From the sequence record ON506924: DNA of 64,000 nt. One strand, 5' to 3'. The DNA is from Escherichia phage vB_EcoM_SCS4. The notes under the pieces were generated by a model. The model searched no databases, was not told where the DNA came from, and worked only from the letters and a program-made list of their open reading frames with translations. A program made the translations under genes and the position numbers. Below are positions 55,650 to 64,000 of the stretch, in pieces (within the stretch, counting starts at the first letter, position 1; every line of letters starts with the position of its first letter).

Positions 55650-56765
55650 ATGGAAAAATTTATGGCAGAGTTTGGACAAGGATATGTCCAAACGCCATTT
55701 TTATCGGAAAGCAATTCAGTAAGATATAAAATAAGTATAGCGGGTTCTTGCCCGCTTTCTACTGCGGGACCATATGTTAAATTTCAGGATAATCCTATCG
55801 GAAGTCAAACATTTAACGCAGGTCTTCATTTAAGAGTTTTTGACCCTTCTACAGGAGCATTAGTTGATAGTAAGTCATATGCTTTTTCGACTTCAAATGA
55901 TACTACATCAGCTGCTTTTGTTAGTTTCATGAATTCTTTTTCAAACAACAGACTTGTTGCTATATTAACCAGTGGAAAGGTTAATTTTCCTCCTGAGGTA
56001 GTGTCTTGGCTAAGAGCCGCGGGAACGTCTGCCTTTCCATCTGATTCTATATTGTCAAGATTTGACGTATCATATGCTGCTTTTTACACTTCTTCTAAAA
56101 GAGCTATCGCATTAGAGCATGTTAAACTAAGTAATAGAAAAAGCACAGATGACTATCAAACTATTTTAGATGTTGTATTTGACAGTTTAGAAGACGTCGG
56201 AGCTACGGGATTTCCTAAAAGAACTTATGAAAGCGTTGAGCAATTTATGTCAGCGGTTGGTGGAAATAATAACGAAATTGCACGTTTACCAACTTCATCC
56301 GCGATAAGTAAACTCTCTGATTATAATTTAATTCCTGGCGATGTTCTTTATCTTAAAGCACAGCTATATGCTGATGCCGATTTACTTGCGCTTGGAACTA
56401 CAAATATATCTATCCGTTTTTATGATGAATCGAATGGATATATTTCTTCAACACATGCTGAGTTTACTGGACAAGCTGAGTCATGGGAATTAAAGGAAGA
56501 TTATGTAGTTATTCCAGAAAATGCAGTAGGATTTACGATATATGCACAAAGAACTGCCCAAGCAGGTCAAGGTGGCATGAGAAATTTAAGCTTTTCTGAA
56601 GTATCAAGAAACGGCGGAATTTCAAAACCTGCTGAATTTGGCGTCAATGGTATTCGAGTTAATTACGTCTGTGAATCTGCTTCACCTCCGGATATAATGG
56701 TACTTCCTACGCAAGCATCGTCTAAAACTGGTAAAGTGTTTGGGCAAGAATTTAGAGAAGTTTAA
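55650..56765 (+). CDS. 35: long tail fibre hinge protein gp35 (371 aa)
   Basis: collinear with T4 gene 35. Confidence 0.92.
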   Translation: MEKFMAEFGQGYVQTPFLSESNSVRYKISIAGSCPLSTAGPYVKFQDNPIGSQTFNAGLHLRVFDPSTGALVDSKSYAFSTSNDTTSAAFVSFMNSFSNNRLVAILTSGKVNFPPEVVSWLRAAGTSAFPSDSILSRFDVSYAAFYTSSKRAIALEHVKLSNRKSTDDYQTILDVVFDSLEDVGATGFPKRTYESVEQFMSAVGGNNNEIARLPTSSAISKLSDYNLIPGDVLYLKAQLYADADLLALGTTNISIRFYDESNGYISSTHAEFTGQAESWELKEDYVVIPENAVGFTIYAQRTAQAGQGGMRNLSFSEVSRNGGISKPAEFGVNGIRVNYVCESASPPDIMVLPTQASSKTGKVFGQEFREV

Positions 56766-56769
56766 ATTG

Positions 56770-56787
56770 AGGGAGCCTTCGGGTTCC
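56770..56787 (+). terminator. hairpin GGGAGCC-TTCG-GGTTCCC followed by T-run after gene 35
   Basis: 7-bp stem (one G-U pair) with UUCG loop, seen in sequence. Confidence 0.6.
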
Positions 56788-56795
56788 CTTTTTCT

Positions 56796-56803
56796 TTATA
56801 AAT
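56796..56803 (+). promoter_or_regulatory. late promoter TATAAATA upstream of gene 36
   Basis: exact TATAAATA 24 nt upstream of gene 36 ATG. Confidence 0.55.
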
Positions 56804-56827
56804 ACTATTAAAATAAAGGGGCATACA

Positions 56828-57517
56828 ATGGCTGATTTAAAAGTAGGTTCAACAACTGGAGGCTCTGTCATTTGGCATCAAGGAAATTTTCCATTGAATC
56901 CAGCCGGTGACGATGTACTCTATAAATCATTTAAAATATATTCAGAATATAATAAACCACAGGCAGCTGATAATGATTTCGTTTCTAAAGCTAATGGTGG
57001 CACAAAGTCTAGAGGTTTCCAAAAAGAAGTAGAATTTAAAGAAGGCGTTAAGATTTCTGCGACGTTTTCTGGTGGTTCAGACCTGAATGGGTTATATTCT
57101 GGCAATGGAGATGGAGCTTCCAGAGAAAAAGCTAACATGGATTTACATTCATGGTACGGCATTGGTATTTGGAATACATGCACAGGTGATGGGGTCCAGG
57201 GACGCACAATCTGGTTTAATGCCAGGCGTGGTACAATTGAAACAGTTGGCGATATTGTTTCAGGCCGACAAGTTATTTCTAATGCTTCAGTACCGACCGG
57301 CCCAGCACACTTAACTCGCAAAGATTATGTCGATGGAGCAATAAATACTGTTACGACAAATGCAAACTCTAGAGTGTTACGATCTGGTGACACTATGACA
57401 GGTAATTTAACAGCACCAAACTTTTTCTCGCAGAATCCTGCATCTCAACCCTCACATGTTCCACGATTTGACCAAATCGTGATTAAGGATTCTGTTCAAG
57501 ATTTCGGCTATTATTAA
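56828..57517 (+). CDS. 36: long tail fibre distal connector gp36 (229 aa)
   Basis: collinear with T4 gene 36. Confidence 0.9.
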   Translation: MADLKVGSTTGGSVIWHQGNFPLNPAGDDVLYKSFKIYSEYNKPQAADNDFVSKANGGTKSRGFQKEVEFKEGVKISATFSGGSDLNGLYSGNGDGASREKANMDLHSWYGIGIWNTCTGDGVQGRTIWFNARRGTIETVGDIVSGRQVISNASVPTGPAHLTRKDYVDGAINTVTTNANSRVLRSGDTMTGNLTAPNFFSQNPASQPSHVPRFDQIVIKDSVQDFGYY

Positions 57518-57525
57518 GAGGACTT

Positions 57526-60500
57526 ATGGCTACTTTAAAACAAATACAATTTAAAAGAAGCAAAACTGCAGGTCAACTTCCTGCTGCTTCAGTATTAGCC
57601 GAAGGTGAATTGGCTATTAATTTAAAAGATAAAACAATTTTCACAAAAGATGACTCAGGCAATGTTATAGAATTAGGTTTAAAATATGGAGGAACAATTG
57701 ATGGTTCTTTAACTGTTAATGGAAATATAATTGGAAATTTAACAGGTAACGCTGCAACTGCAACGAAATTAAAAACAGCACGAAAAATTAATGGTATATC
57801 CTTTGATGGGTCAAAAGATATCACGCTAACTCCATCTGACATAAATGTCAATAGCACAACGTTTATAAAAAATAACGGCGAATTACCTGTTGACGCTAAT
57901 TTAGATGAATATGGGCCCACTGAAGAGTATCTTGGCGTTTGGTCGAAATCTACTTCAACAAATGCGCAACCGGCAAATAAATTCCCAGAAGAAAATGCCG
58001 TAGGTGTACTAGAAGTATTTGTGGCCGGTCAATTTGCTGGTACTCAGAGATATACTGTAAGATCTGGTAACGTATATGTTCGATCTTTGTCTGCTAAATG
58101 GAACGGTGTTAACGGTCCGTGGGGAGTTTGGCGTAATGTTCAAGCGTCAACTCGTCCACTTTCACAAACGATTGACCTTGATAGCTTGGGAGAATTAGAA
58201 CATTGCGGCTTATGGCGAAATAGTTCAAGTTCTATCGCATCGTTTGACCGTCATTATCCAGAAGAAGGAGCAGCCGCACAAGGATTTTTGGAAATTTTTG
58301 AGGGTGGTTTATACACAAGAACTCAACGTTATACAACTAGATTTGGTGTTGTTTATACTCGCTGTCTTGCTGCTGCATGGGATGCATCTGCGCCTAAATG
58401 GGGACCGTGGCAACAAGTCGGTAATGTCACACCGGCGACTTTCTATGACGGAGACCTGAATGATTTTAAAGCTCCTGGGTTATATAACATTTTAGGCACT
58501 GATGCCGTTATTAACTGTCCTACAGGTGAAGGTTTGCCGACTGTTATTGTTGGTTTGCTGGAAGTTAAACAGCGTGCTTCTGGCGGTGCTATTTTCCAAA
58601 AATTTACTACTGCCGGAACGGCTTCAACTACTCGCGATCGTATTTTTGAGCGTGCATATACTGGTGGTGCGTGGGGTGCATGGAACGAAGTATATACATC
58701 TTATTCTCTGCCAATTACTTTGGGTATGGGTGGTATTAAAGCTCAATTAGCGGAGTTAGATTGGCAAACCTTTGATTTTGTCCCTGGTAGTATGTTTAGT
58801 GTTCCTTTGAACAAAATAAAGAATATGCCAGCAAATATGGATTGGGGCACGATTGATGGAAACCTGGTTATGTTTTCCGTTGGTCCTAGCGAACGCACTA
58901 GCACAGGACGTACTGTTCAGATTTGGCGCGGCACCGTATCCCAGACAAACTACCGTTATTTTGTCGTTCGTGTGTTCGGTAATTCTGGAAATAGAACTTG
59001 CACAGTTCGTCGTGTTGTTCTTGAAGATGGTCGCCACACATGGACAGCTCAACAAGATTTTAATGGCGCAGTTAACTTTAACTCTACTGTTAACCTTAAT
59101 AACACTACCACATTTAAAACAGAAGTTAAATTTCGCTCATTGAATGCATTCCGTATGTATGGCGGAAAATTTGGTACATTTTTACGTAATGATGGAGAGA
59201 GTCTTTATATTCTTTCCACCGACGAAGATGATCAACATGGAAACTTTAATACAAATAGACCTTTCCGTTATGAATTAAGAACTGGTGATGTTACTTTGGG
59301 TGGTGCTAGTGGTGCTAACGTTTTAAAATTAAAACGTGATTCTCTCACCGCATTTTTTGGTGGTGATATTAACATGAAAGGCACGATGACTTTTGACGCC
59401 GGACGTTTAGGATCACGAGATTATTTTAAATTTAACCATTGGGGTGATAGTAATAATGCTCGTGATAACATTATTCAGTTAGAAGATAGCAAAGGCGTTC
59501 ATTTTTCCACTGAACGTACTTTAGCGACTGGTGCAATTAAAACTAGATTCTTTGGCGAAACATTCACTGACGGGACATTATACCTAAATCAGATGAATAA
59601 TAGTTCTGAACGATTCTCTATCAACAATTGGGGAAGTTCAGAAGTTGGTCGCGCGGCAGTATTGGAAGTCGGCGATTCCAAAGGTTATCACTTCTATACG
59701 GAACGTAGAACAGATGACACCGTTTTATTTTCTGTAGCTGGTGCTTTGACCGTGCGTGGACCTAACGGAATAACCATCAAAAACTCAACTGGTGCACGCC
59801 ATATCTGGTTTAGAGATGACAGCGAATCGGAAAAGGCTGTTATTTGGGCGACCGATGAGGGTATTTTACATATTCGCAATAACAACGGTGGACAATTTAG
59901 TCATCACTTCCAGGGCGCAATGATTAAACTGGAAGGGCGTGTTCCTTATGATGCAACAAAGGGGATTATCCGTGGTGAAGTTGATGGTGGTGCATATGTT
60001 GCATGGAGAGACCGCCCTGCTGGTTTGTTGGTTGACTGCCAGAAAAGTATTGACAGTGCTCATGCTGTTTGGAAAGCGGTTGATTGGGGGCGTCAATATA
60101 TCGCTGCTATGGACGTTCACTGTCCGGGTGATGGTAATAATACTGCGACAGCGATTCTTCATGTTCAGGCTGCTGATTATCAATTCCACGCAAGCGGAGA
60201 ATTCGTTACCAGTGGTAACGGAAACTTTAACGATGTGTATATTCGTTCTGACCGTCGTCTGAAAATTAATGTTGAAGATTATACCGGAAATGCGTTAAGT
60301 TTGATTGGTAAGCTGAAAGTGAAAACTTACGATAAAGTTAAATCTCTTAAGGACCGTGAAATTATCGGTCATGAGATTGGCATTATCGCACAGGATTTAC
60401 AAGAAATATTACCGGAAGCGGTGAAATCTTCAAAAGTTGGCAATCTTGATAATCCAGACGATGTTCTGACAATTTCTAACTCGGCAGTGAATGCTCTTTT

Positions 60501-60600
60501 AATTAAGGCTATTCAGGAAATGAGTGAAGAAATTAAAGAATTGAAAACTCCTTTCTTTACTAAAATTGCTCGCAAAATTAGTAAATATTTTAAATTCTAA
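57526..60600 (+). CDS. 37: long tail fibre distal subunit gp37 (1024 aa) with C-terminal intramolecular chaperone domain
   Basis: N-terminal part matches T4 gp37; C-terminal ~116 aa resemble the self-cleaving chaperone domain of phage fibres/endosialidases. Confidence 0.93.
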   Translation: MATLKQIQFKRSKTAGQLPAASVLAEGELAINLKDKTIFTKDDSGNVIELGLKYGGTIDGSLTVNGNIIGNLTGNAATATKLKTARKINGISFDGSKDITLTPSDINVNSTTFIKNNGELPVDANLDEYGPTEEYLGVWSKSTSTNAQPANKFPEENAVGVLEVFVAGQFAGTQRYTVRSGNVYVRSLSAKWNGVNGPWGVWRNVQASTRPLSQTIDLDSLGELEHCGLWRNSSSSIASFDRHYPEEGAAAQGFLEIFEGGLYTRTQRYTTRFGVVYTRCLAAAWDASAPKWGPWQQVGNVTPATFYDGDLNDFKAPGLYNILGTDAVINCPTGEGLPTVIVGLLEVKQRASGGAIFQKFTTAGTASTTRDRIFERAYTGGAWGAWNEVYTSYSLPITLGMGGIKAQLAELDWQTFDFVPGSMFSVPLNKIKNMPANMDWGTIDGNLVMFSVGPSERTSTGRTVQIWRGTVSQTNYRYFVVRVFGNSGNRTCTVRRVVLEDGRHTWTAQQDFNGAVNFNSTVNLNNTTTFKTEVKFRSLNAFRMYGGKFGTFLRNDGESLYILSTDEDDQHGNFNTNRPFRYELRTGDVTLGGASGANVLKLKRDSLTAFFGGDINMKGTMTFDAGRLGSRDYFKFNHWGDSNNARDNIIQLEDSKGVHFSTERTLATGAIKTRFFGETFTDGTLYLNQMNNSSERFSINNWGSSEVGRAAVLEVGDSKGYHFYTERRTDDTVLFSVAGALTVRGPNGITIKNSTGARHIWFRDDSESEKAVIWATDEGILHIRNNNGGQFSHHFQGAMIKLEGRVPYDATKGIIRGEVDGGAYVAWRDRPAGLLVDCQKSIDSAHAVWKAVDWGRQYIAAMDVHCPGDGNNTATAILHVQAADYQFHASGEFVTSGNGNFNDVYIRSDRRLKINVEDYTGNALSLIGKLKVKTYDKVKSLKDREIIGHEIGIIAQDLQEILPEAVKSSKVGNLDNPDDVLTISNSAVNALLIKAIQEMSEEIKELKTPFFTKIARKISKYFKF
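60250..60597 (+). other. predicted self-cleaving intramolecular chaperone domain of gp37 (cleavage expected at Ser-Asp in YIRS|DRRLK)
   Basis: S-D dipeptide followed by a conserved-looking helical tail ([20 protein letters not shown] ...); motif recognition only. Confidence 0.5.
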
Positions 60601-60606
60601 CAACAA

Positions 60607-60621
60607 GGGGGCAACGCCCCC
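60607..60621 (+). terminator. hairpin GGGGGC-AAC-GCCCCC after gene 37
   Basis: 6-bp GC stem seen in sequence 7 nt after stop. Confidence 0.5.
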
Positions 60622-60637
60622 CTTTGGAGTATAAATT

Positions 60638-61438
60638 ATGGCAGTAGTTGGTGTTCCTGGTTGGATTGGAAGTTCAGCCGCAAATGAAACAGGACAAAGA
60701 TGGATGAGTCAAGCGGCTGGACAATTAAGATTGGGTGTTCCTTGCTGGATGAGTCAATTTGCAGGTCGCTCGCGAGAAATTATTCATACTGTAGGAGCAA
60801 ACCACAATTTTAATGGTCAGTGGTTCCGTGATAGATGCTTTGAAGCTGGCGGTGCACCTATTGTATTCAATATTGTTGGTGATATCGTTTCTTATTCTAA
60901 AGATGTACCGCTTTTCTTTATGTATGGTGACACTCCTAACGAATACGTTGTCCTTAATATTCATGGTGGTGTCCATATGTGGGGTCGAGGTGGTAATGGT
61001 GGATACACTCACTCAGGTGGAGATGGTAACGGTACACAAGGCGGTCATGTTATTCAAAATGATATCGGTGGACGGCTTCGTATTTGGAACTACGGTGTTA
61101 TAGCTGCTGGCGGTGGTGGCGGTGGTGGTATTGCATATCGTCCACACTCAGGGGCAAACTGGCAAGATATCGGTGGCGGTGGCGGTCGACCTTTCGGTGG
61201 TGCTGGCGGTGGCGGTTATTCCGGTGGTGCTGCTTCTTATGAAGGTCCGGGTGGTGGTTACAACTATGGTAACGCACACTCCGGCGCGGGTGGTAATGCT
61301 GGCGCTGCTGGTCAGAATGCATGGTCTGATGGCGGTAAAGTTCTTAAAGTTGGTGTTGGTGGTGCTTCTGGTCATGCCGTGTTTGGATCAGCTCCAACAT
61401 GGCAGAATGTTGGAGCAATATATGGTTCAAGAGTATAA
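60638..61438 (+). CDS. 38: T2/T6-type receptor-binding adhesin gp38 with glycine-rich motifs (266 aa)
   Basis: several poly-Gly islands ([28 protein letters not shown]) separating variable segments; unlike the 183-aa T4 gp38 chaperone. Confidence 0.9.
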   Translation: MAVVGVPGWIGSSAANETGQRWMSQAAGQLRLGVPCWMSQFAGRSREIIHTVGANHNFNGQWFRDRCFEAGGAPIVFNIVGDIVSYSKDVPLFFMYGDTPNEYVVLNIHGGVHMWGRGGNGGYTHSGGDGNGTQGGHVIQNDIGGRLRIWNYGVIAAGGGGGGGIAYRPHSGANWQDIGGGGGRPFGGAGGGGYSGGAASYEGPGGGYNYGNAHSGAGGNAGAAGQNAWSDGGKVLKVGVGGASGHAVFGSAPTWQNVGAIYGSRV

Positions 61439-61468
61439 TTTGAATAAATATCCTTAAAAGGAGGGTCT

Positions 61469-62125
61469 ATGGCAGCACCTAGAATATCATTTTCGCCCTC
61501 TGATATTCTGTTGGGTGTTCTAGATCGCTTGTTCAAAGATAACGCTACCGGGAAAGTTCTTGCTTCCCGAGTAGCTGTCGTAATTCTTTTATTTATGATG
61601 GCGATTGTTTGGTATAGGGGAGATAGTTTCTTTGAGTACTATAAGCAATCAAAGTATGAAACATACCGTGAAATTATTGAAAAGGAAAGAAATGCACGCT
61701 TTGAATCTGTCGCCCTGGAACAACTCCAGATAGTTCATATATCATCTGAGGCAGACTTTAGTGCGGTGTATTCTTTCCGCCCTAAAAACTTAAACTATTT
61801 TGTTGATATTATAGCATATGAAGGAAAATTACCTTCAACAATAAGTGAAAAATCACTTGGAGGATATCCTGTTGATAAAACTATGGATGAATATACAGTT
61901 CATTTAAATGGACGTCATTATTATTCCAACTCAAAATTTGCTTTTTTACCAACTAAAAAGCCTACTCCCGAGATAAACTACATGTACAGTTGTCCATATT
62001 TTAATTTGGATAATATCTATGCTGGAACGATAACCATGTACTGGTATAGAAATGATCATATAAGTAATGACCGCCTTGAATCAATATGTGCTCAGGCGGC
62101 CAGAATATTAGGAAGGGCTAAATAA
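61469..62125 (+). CDS. t: holin T (218 aa)
   Basis: single N-terminal TM segment and large periplasmic domain; sequence matches T4 T. Confidence 0.95.
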   Translation: MAAPRISFSPSDILLGVLDRLFKDNATGKVLASRVAVVILLFMMAIVWYRGDSFFEYYKQSKYETYREIIEKERNARFESVALEQLQIVHISSEADFSAVYSFRPKNLNYFVDIIAYEGKLPSTISEKSLGGYPVDKTMDEYTVHLNGRHYYSNSKFAFLPTKKPTPEINYMYSCPYFNLDNIYAGTITMYWYRNDHISNDRLESICAQAARILGRAK

Positions 62126-62398
62126 TTATTTGTTCGTATACATCTCTAGATATCGATATACACCCTCAAAACCCTCGTTGAATTCGTCGATGAGGGTTTT
62201 CTTATCTTCTTGAGTTAATTCAGAAACAATTTTACGGAATGAATTCTGATTTAATTTTCTACCTTCATGCGTTACTCCAATCTCATTTAGAAATGCAATA
62301 AAATTAGCACGATTCTCAACAATATCTTCTCTGGAAAATTTAATCAAAATAGACGCAACAGTAATAATTTCACGAACTGTATCAATGTTTTTATTCAT
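62126..62398 (-). CDS. asiA: anti-sigma70 factor AsiA (90 aa)
   Basis: sequence MNKNIDTVREIITVASILIKFSREDIVENRANFIAFLNEIG ... matches T4 AsiA. Confidence 0.95.
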   Translation of the reverse strand: MNKNIDTVREIITVASILIKFSREDIVENRANFIAFLNEIGVTHEGRKLNQNSFRKIVSELTQEDKKTLIDEFNEGFEGVYRYLEMYTNK

Positions 62399-62410
62399 TA
62401 ACTATACCAC

Positions 62411-62563
62411 TCAATTAGTTGACTTTGTTATAATATCATCAGACGCTTGATTTGTAAACTGGTCTGTGTTATTTTCTTCAAAAATTTTTTCTACGAATTC
62501 CTTGAACGACTCGCGTTCCTGAGCTGCATTATGCTCGATTACCTTTTCAAGATTATGACTCAT
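62411..62563 (-). CDS. small hypothetical ORF (50 aa) between arn and asiA
   Basis: hand-translated; its ATG overlaps the arn stop (ATGA); below the track size cut-off. Confidence 0.4.
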   Translation of the reverse strand: MSHNLEKVIEHNAAQERESFKEFVEKIFEENNTDQFTNQASDDIITKSTN

Positions 62564-62838
62564 TCGAAATAATCTTCAATTTCATAATCATGGACATAAA
62601 TCATTATAGTTTTTAATACATCATCAATACTTTTTCCTGGAGCTGGAATTACATAAAAATATCCTGCTTTTGAGAGGTCTTTATAAGTTCCAATCAAGAA
62701 ATCATTATTCTCAAGATGTAGTTCTTCAACTAATTCATTAACAATTGAATGGTATAGGTTTGGTAGAAACTTATATAGCTTTTCTAGAATATCAATTTTG
62801 ATTGTGTATTGAACCACAGACTGAGAATCAATAATCAT
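62560..62838 (-). CDS. arn: Arn anti-restriction protein (inhibitor of McrBC), 92 aa
   Basis: length and position (upstream of asiA, minus strand) match T4 arn. Confidence 0.8.
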   Translation of the reverse strand: MIIDSQSVVQYTIKIDILEKLYKFLPNLYHSIVNELVEELHLENNDFLIGTYKDLSKAGYFYVIPAPGKSIDDVLKTIMIYVHDYEIEDYFE

Positions 62839-62921
62839 AGACCTTCCCCTTATGTTTCTGTTTGCGATTAGATTCTTTAAACGCTTTCTTCTTATCTTTA
62901 TGGACAGAAGCTTTATTAAAA

Positions 62922-63140
62922 TTATGCTTTGCGACTAAATTGTTCATAGTGCTGAATTACCTCTCTTAAACATTTGCATGTGAATGAAAACTTTTTAGCT
63001 ACACCACATTCAAATATATGTTCTCTTAAATCACGTGTATCGGTATATCCCATCTCAACAATAAAATGCCGTATTAAATTTTTANCTTNNTCATTGAGAG
63101 AATTAAAATAATCGGATTTTGAATTAATTTCCCTGGCCAA
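62922..63140 (-). CDS. hypothetical protein (72 aa; arn.1-like)
   Basis: ORF with N calls inside (63086-63091). Confidence 0.55.
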   Translation of the reverse strand: MAREINSKSDYFNSLNXXXKNLIRHFIVEMGYTDTRDLREHIFECGVAKKFSFTCKCLREVIQHYEQFSRKA

Positions 63141-63420
63141 ATTGAATCACCTTCAGTTGACGTTTTAACTCTTTTATCATTTCTTCGTTCATCGCAATAT
63201 AAAGATCGCGTAAAGCGGGTTTTAACATTCCATTTACTGGAGAACTAAATGGACATACATAATCTTTTCCTACAAGCTTTTTAGTGAATTCCATATCACA
63301 GAACTGAAATGCCGGTTCATTGGCATAAATTCCCCAATTAGTTGACATCATTTTATTAGCATATTCCAATGCCTTAATTTGATTCGTAATTCCATCAATT
63401 TGAAACTCTTTGATATTCAT
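63124..63420 (-). CDS. hypothetical protein (98 aa; arn.2-like)
   Basis: ORF in an overlapping array. Confidence 0.6.
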   Translation of the reverse strand: MNIKEFQIDGITNQIKALEYANKMMSTNWGIYANEPAFQFCDMEFTKKLVGKDYVCPFSSPVNGMLKPALRDLYIAMNEEMIKELKRQLKVIQFGQGN

Positions 63421-63881
63421 TAGTAAAGGTCCTCAGAGTAAAGTTCTTTTTCACTACCACCACGTTCAATACGTACTTGCCCAGCATAAGTTGCAATAAT
63501 CATTGCTTCTTCACGTGTCCAATAATTACTATATTGGTCAATAAACCCTTGGTCATCATCACAAACTTGCTGAGTAACTAATTGAGGTTTAACTACATCT
63601 AAAACTTCTGCCATATCTTTAGAATAATGACGAGCACCTGGAATAATAAGAGTTCGTCCATCTTTTAATTTAAAACGATTAGCTGCACAGACAATTCGTC
63701 GTTGATACTTTTGGTTTTCATCCCAATATGCAGTCTGCCAACAGATTTCAGGAACTTCTTTCAGAATATCTTCTTCTGTGCATTTATAACCATGCGCTTT
63801 AAATTTTTCAACAAGACTTTCTGGAGTTTCACGAGATAAAGGAACATTCAGCATTTTTAAACGATTAATAAATGGGTTCAT
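63420..63881 (-). CDS. hypothetical protein (153 aa; arn.3-like)
   Basis: ORF in an overlapping array. Confidence 0.65.
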   Translation of the reverse strand: MNPFINRLKMLNVPLSRETPESLVEKFKAHGYKCTEEDILKEVPEICWQTAYWDENQKYQRRIVCAANRFKLKDGRTLIIPGARHYSKDMAEVLDVVKPQLVTQQVCDDDQGFIDQYSNYWTREEAMIIATYAGQVRIERGGSEKELYSEDLY

Positions 63882-64000
63882 TTAAACCATCCTTTAATAC
63901 GCTGCCACAAAGTTTTCTGCTGAGCTTTGTTAACACCAATTGAACGAATAACCGGTTGAGATTCCTGGAATTCTTTATAATCGGCAAGGTAAATTTCGTA
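63878..64000 (-). CDS. 3' end of a minus-strand ORF whose start lies beyond the window
   Basis: open frame from the window edge ending ... [11 protein letters not shown] with TGA overlapping the next ATG. Confidence 0.5.
   Translation of the reverse strand, partial: YEIYLADYKEFQESQPVIRSIGVNKAQQKTLWQRIKGWFK

Noticed and set aside
60630-60637. TATAAATT immediately before the gene 38 ATG as a late promoter
   Set aside because: It abuts the start codon, so a transcript initiating there would lack the RBS; gene 38 is more likely read through from gene 37 or an upstream promoter.
61141-61330. Possible tandem repeat or CRISPR-like array in the glycine-rich region
   Set aside because: Repeats are short, irregular, in-frame codon repeats within gp38; there are no spacer-repeat units and no cas genes.
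60725-61457. Several His/Arg-rich or hydrophobic ORFs on both strands overlapping gene 38
   Set aside because: Artefacts of the GGT/GGC glycine-codon repeats of gp38 read in other frames.

Overview
The window is one contiguous stretch of a T-even (T4-like) coliphage genome, collinear with T4 from gene 18 to the arn region. It is not T4 itself; the td-intron-present / nrdB-intron-absent pattern plus a T2/T6-type adhesin suggests a T6-like relative. All calls rest on reading the translations and recalling T4 proteins and lengths; no database search was run. Gene content in order: tail sheath/tube (18, 19), portal and prohead genes (20, 67, 68, 21, 22, 23, 24), segD, rnlB, hoc, inh, segE, uvsW, uvsY, baseplate hub (25, 26, 51, 27, 28, 29, 48, 54), alt, DNA ligase (30), the 30.x / cd / pseT small-ORF cluster, spanins, alc, rnlA, denA, nrdB, nrdA, td with its group I intron and I-TevI, frd, 32, 59, 33, dsbA, rnh, long tail fibre genes 34-38, holin t, asiA and arn. 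Differences from T4: an extra HNH endonuclease gene between 18 and 19, an uninterrupted nrdB with no mobE, an extra 115-aa ORF between frd and td, a glycine-rich gp38 adhesin, and an in-frame TAG inside hoc. I did not find a clearly foreign multi-gene system; the strongest candidates are the hoc amber codon, the HNH insertion and a YbiA/NADAR-like ORF beside alt. No tRNA, rRNA, CRISPR or integrase was seen. The sequence carries scattered N calls.
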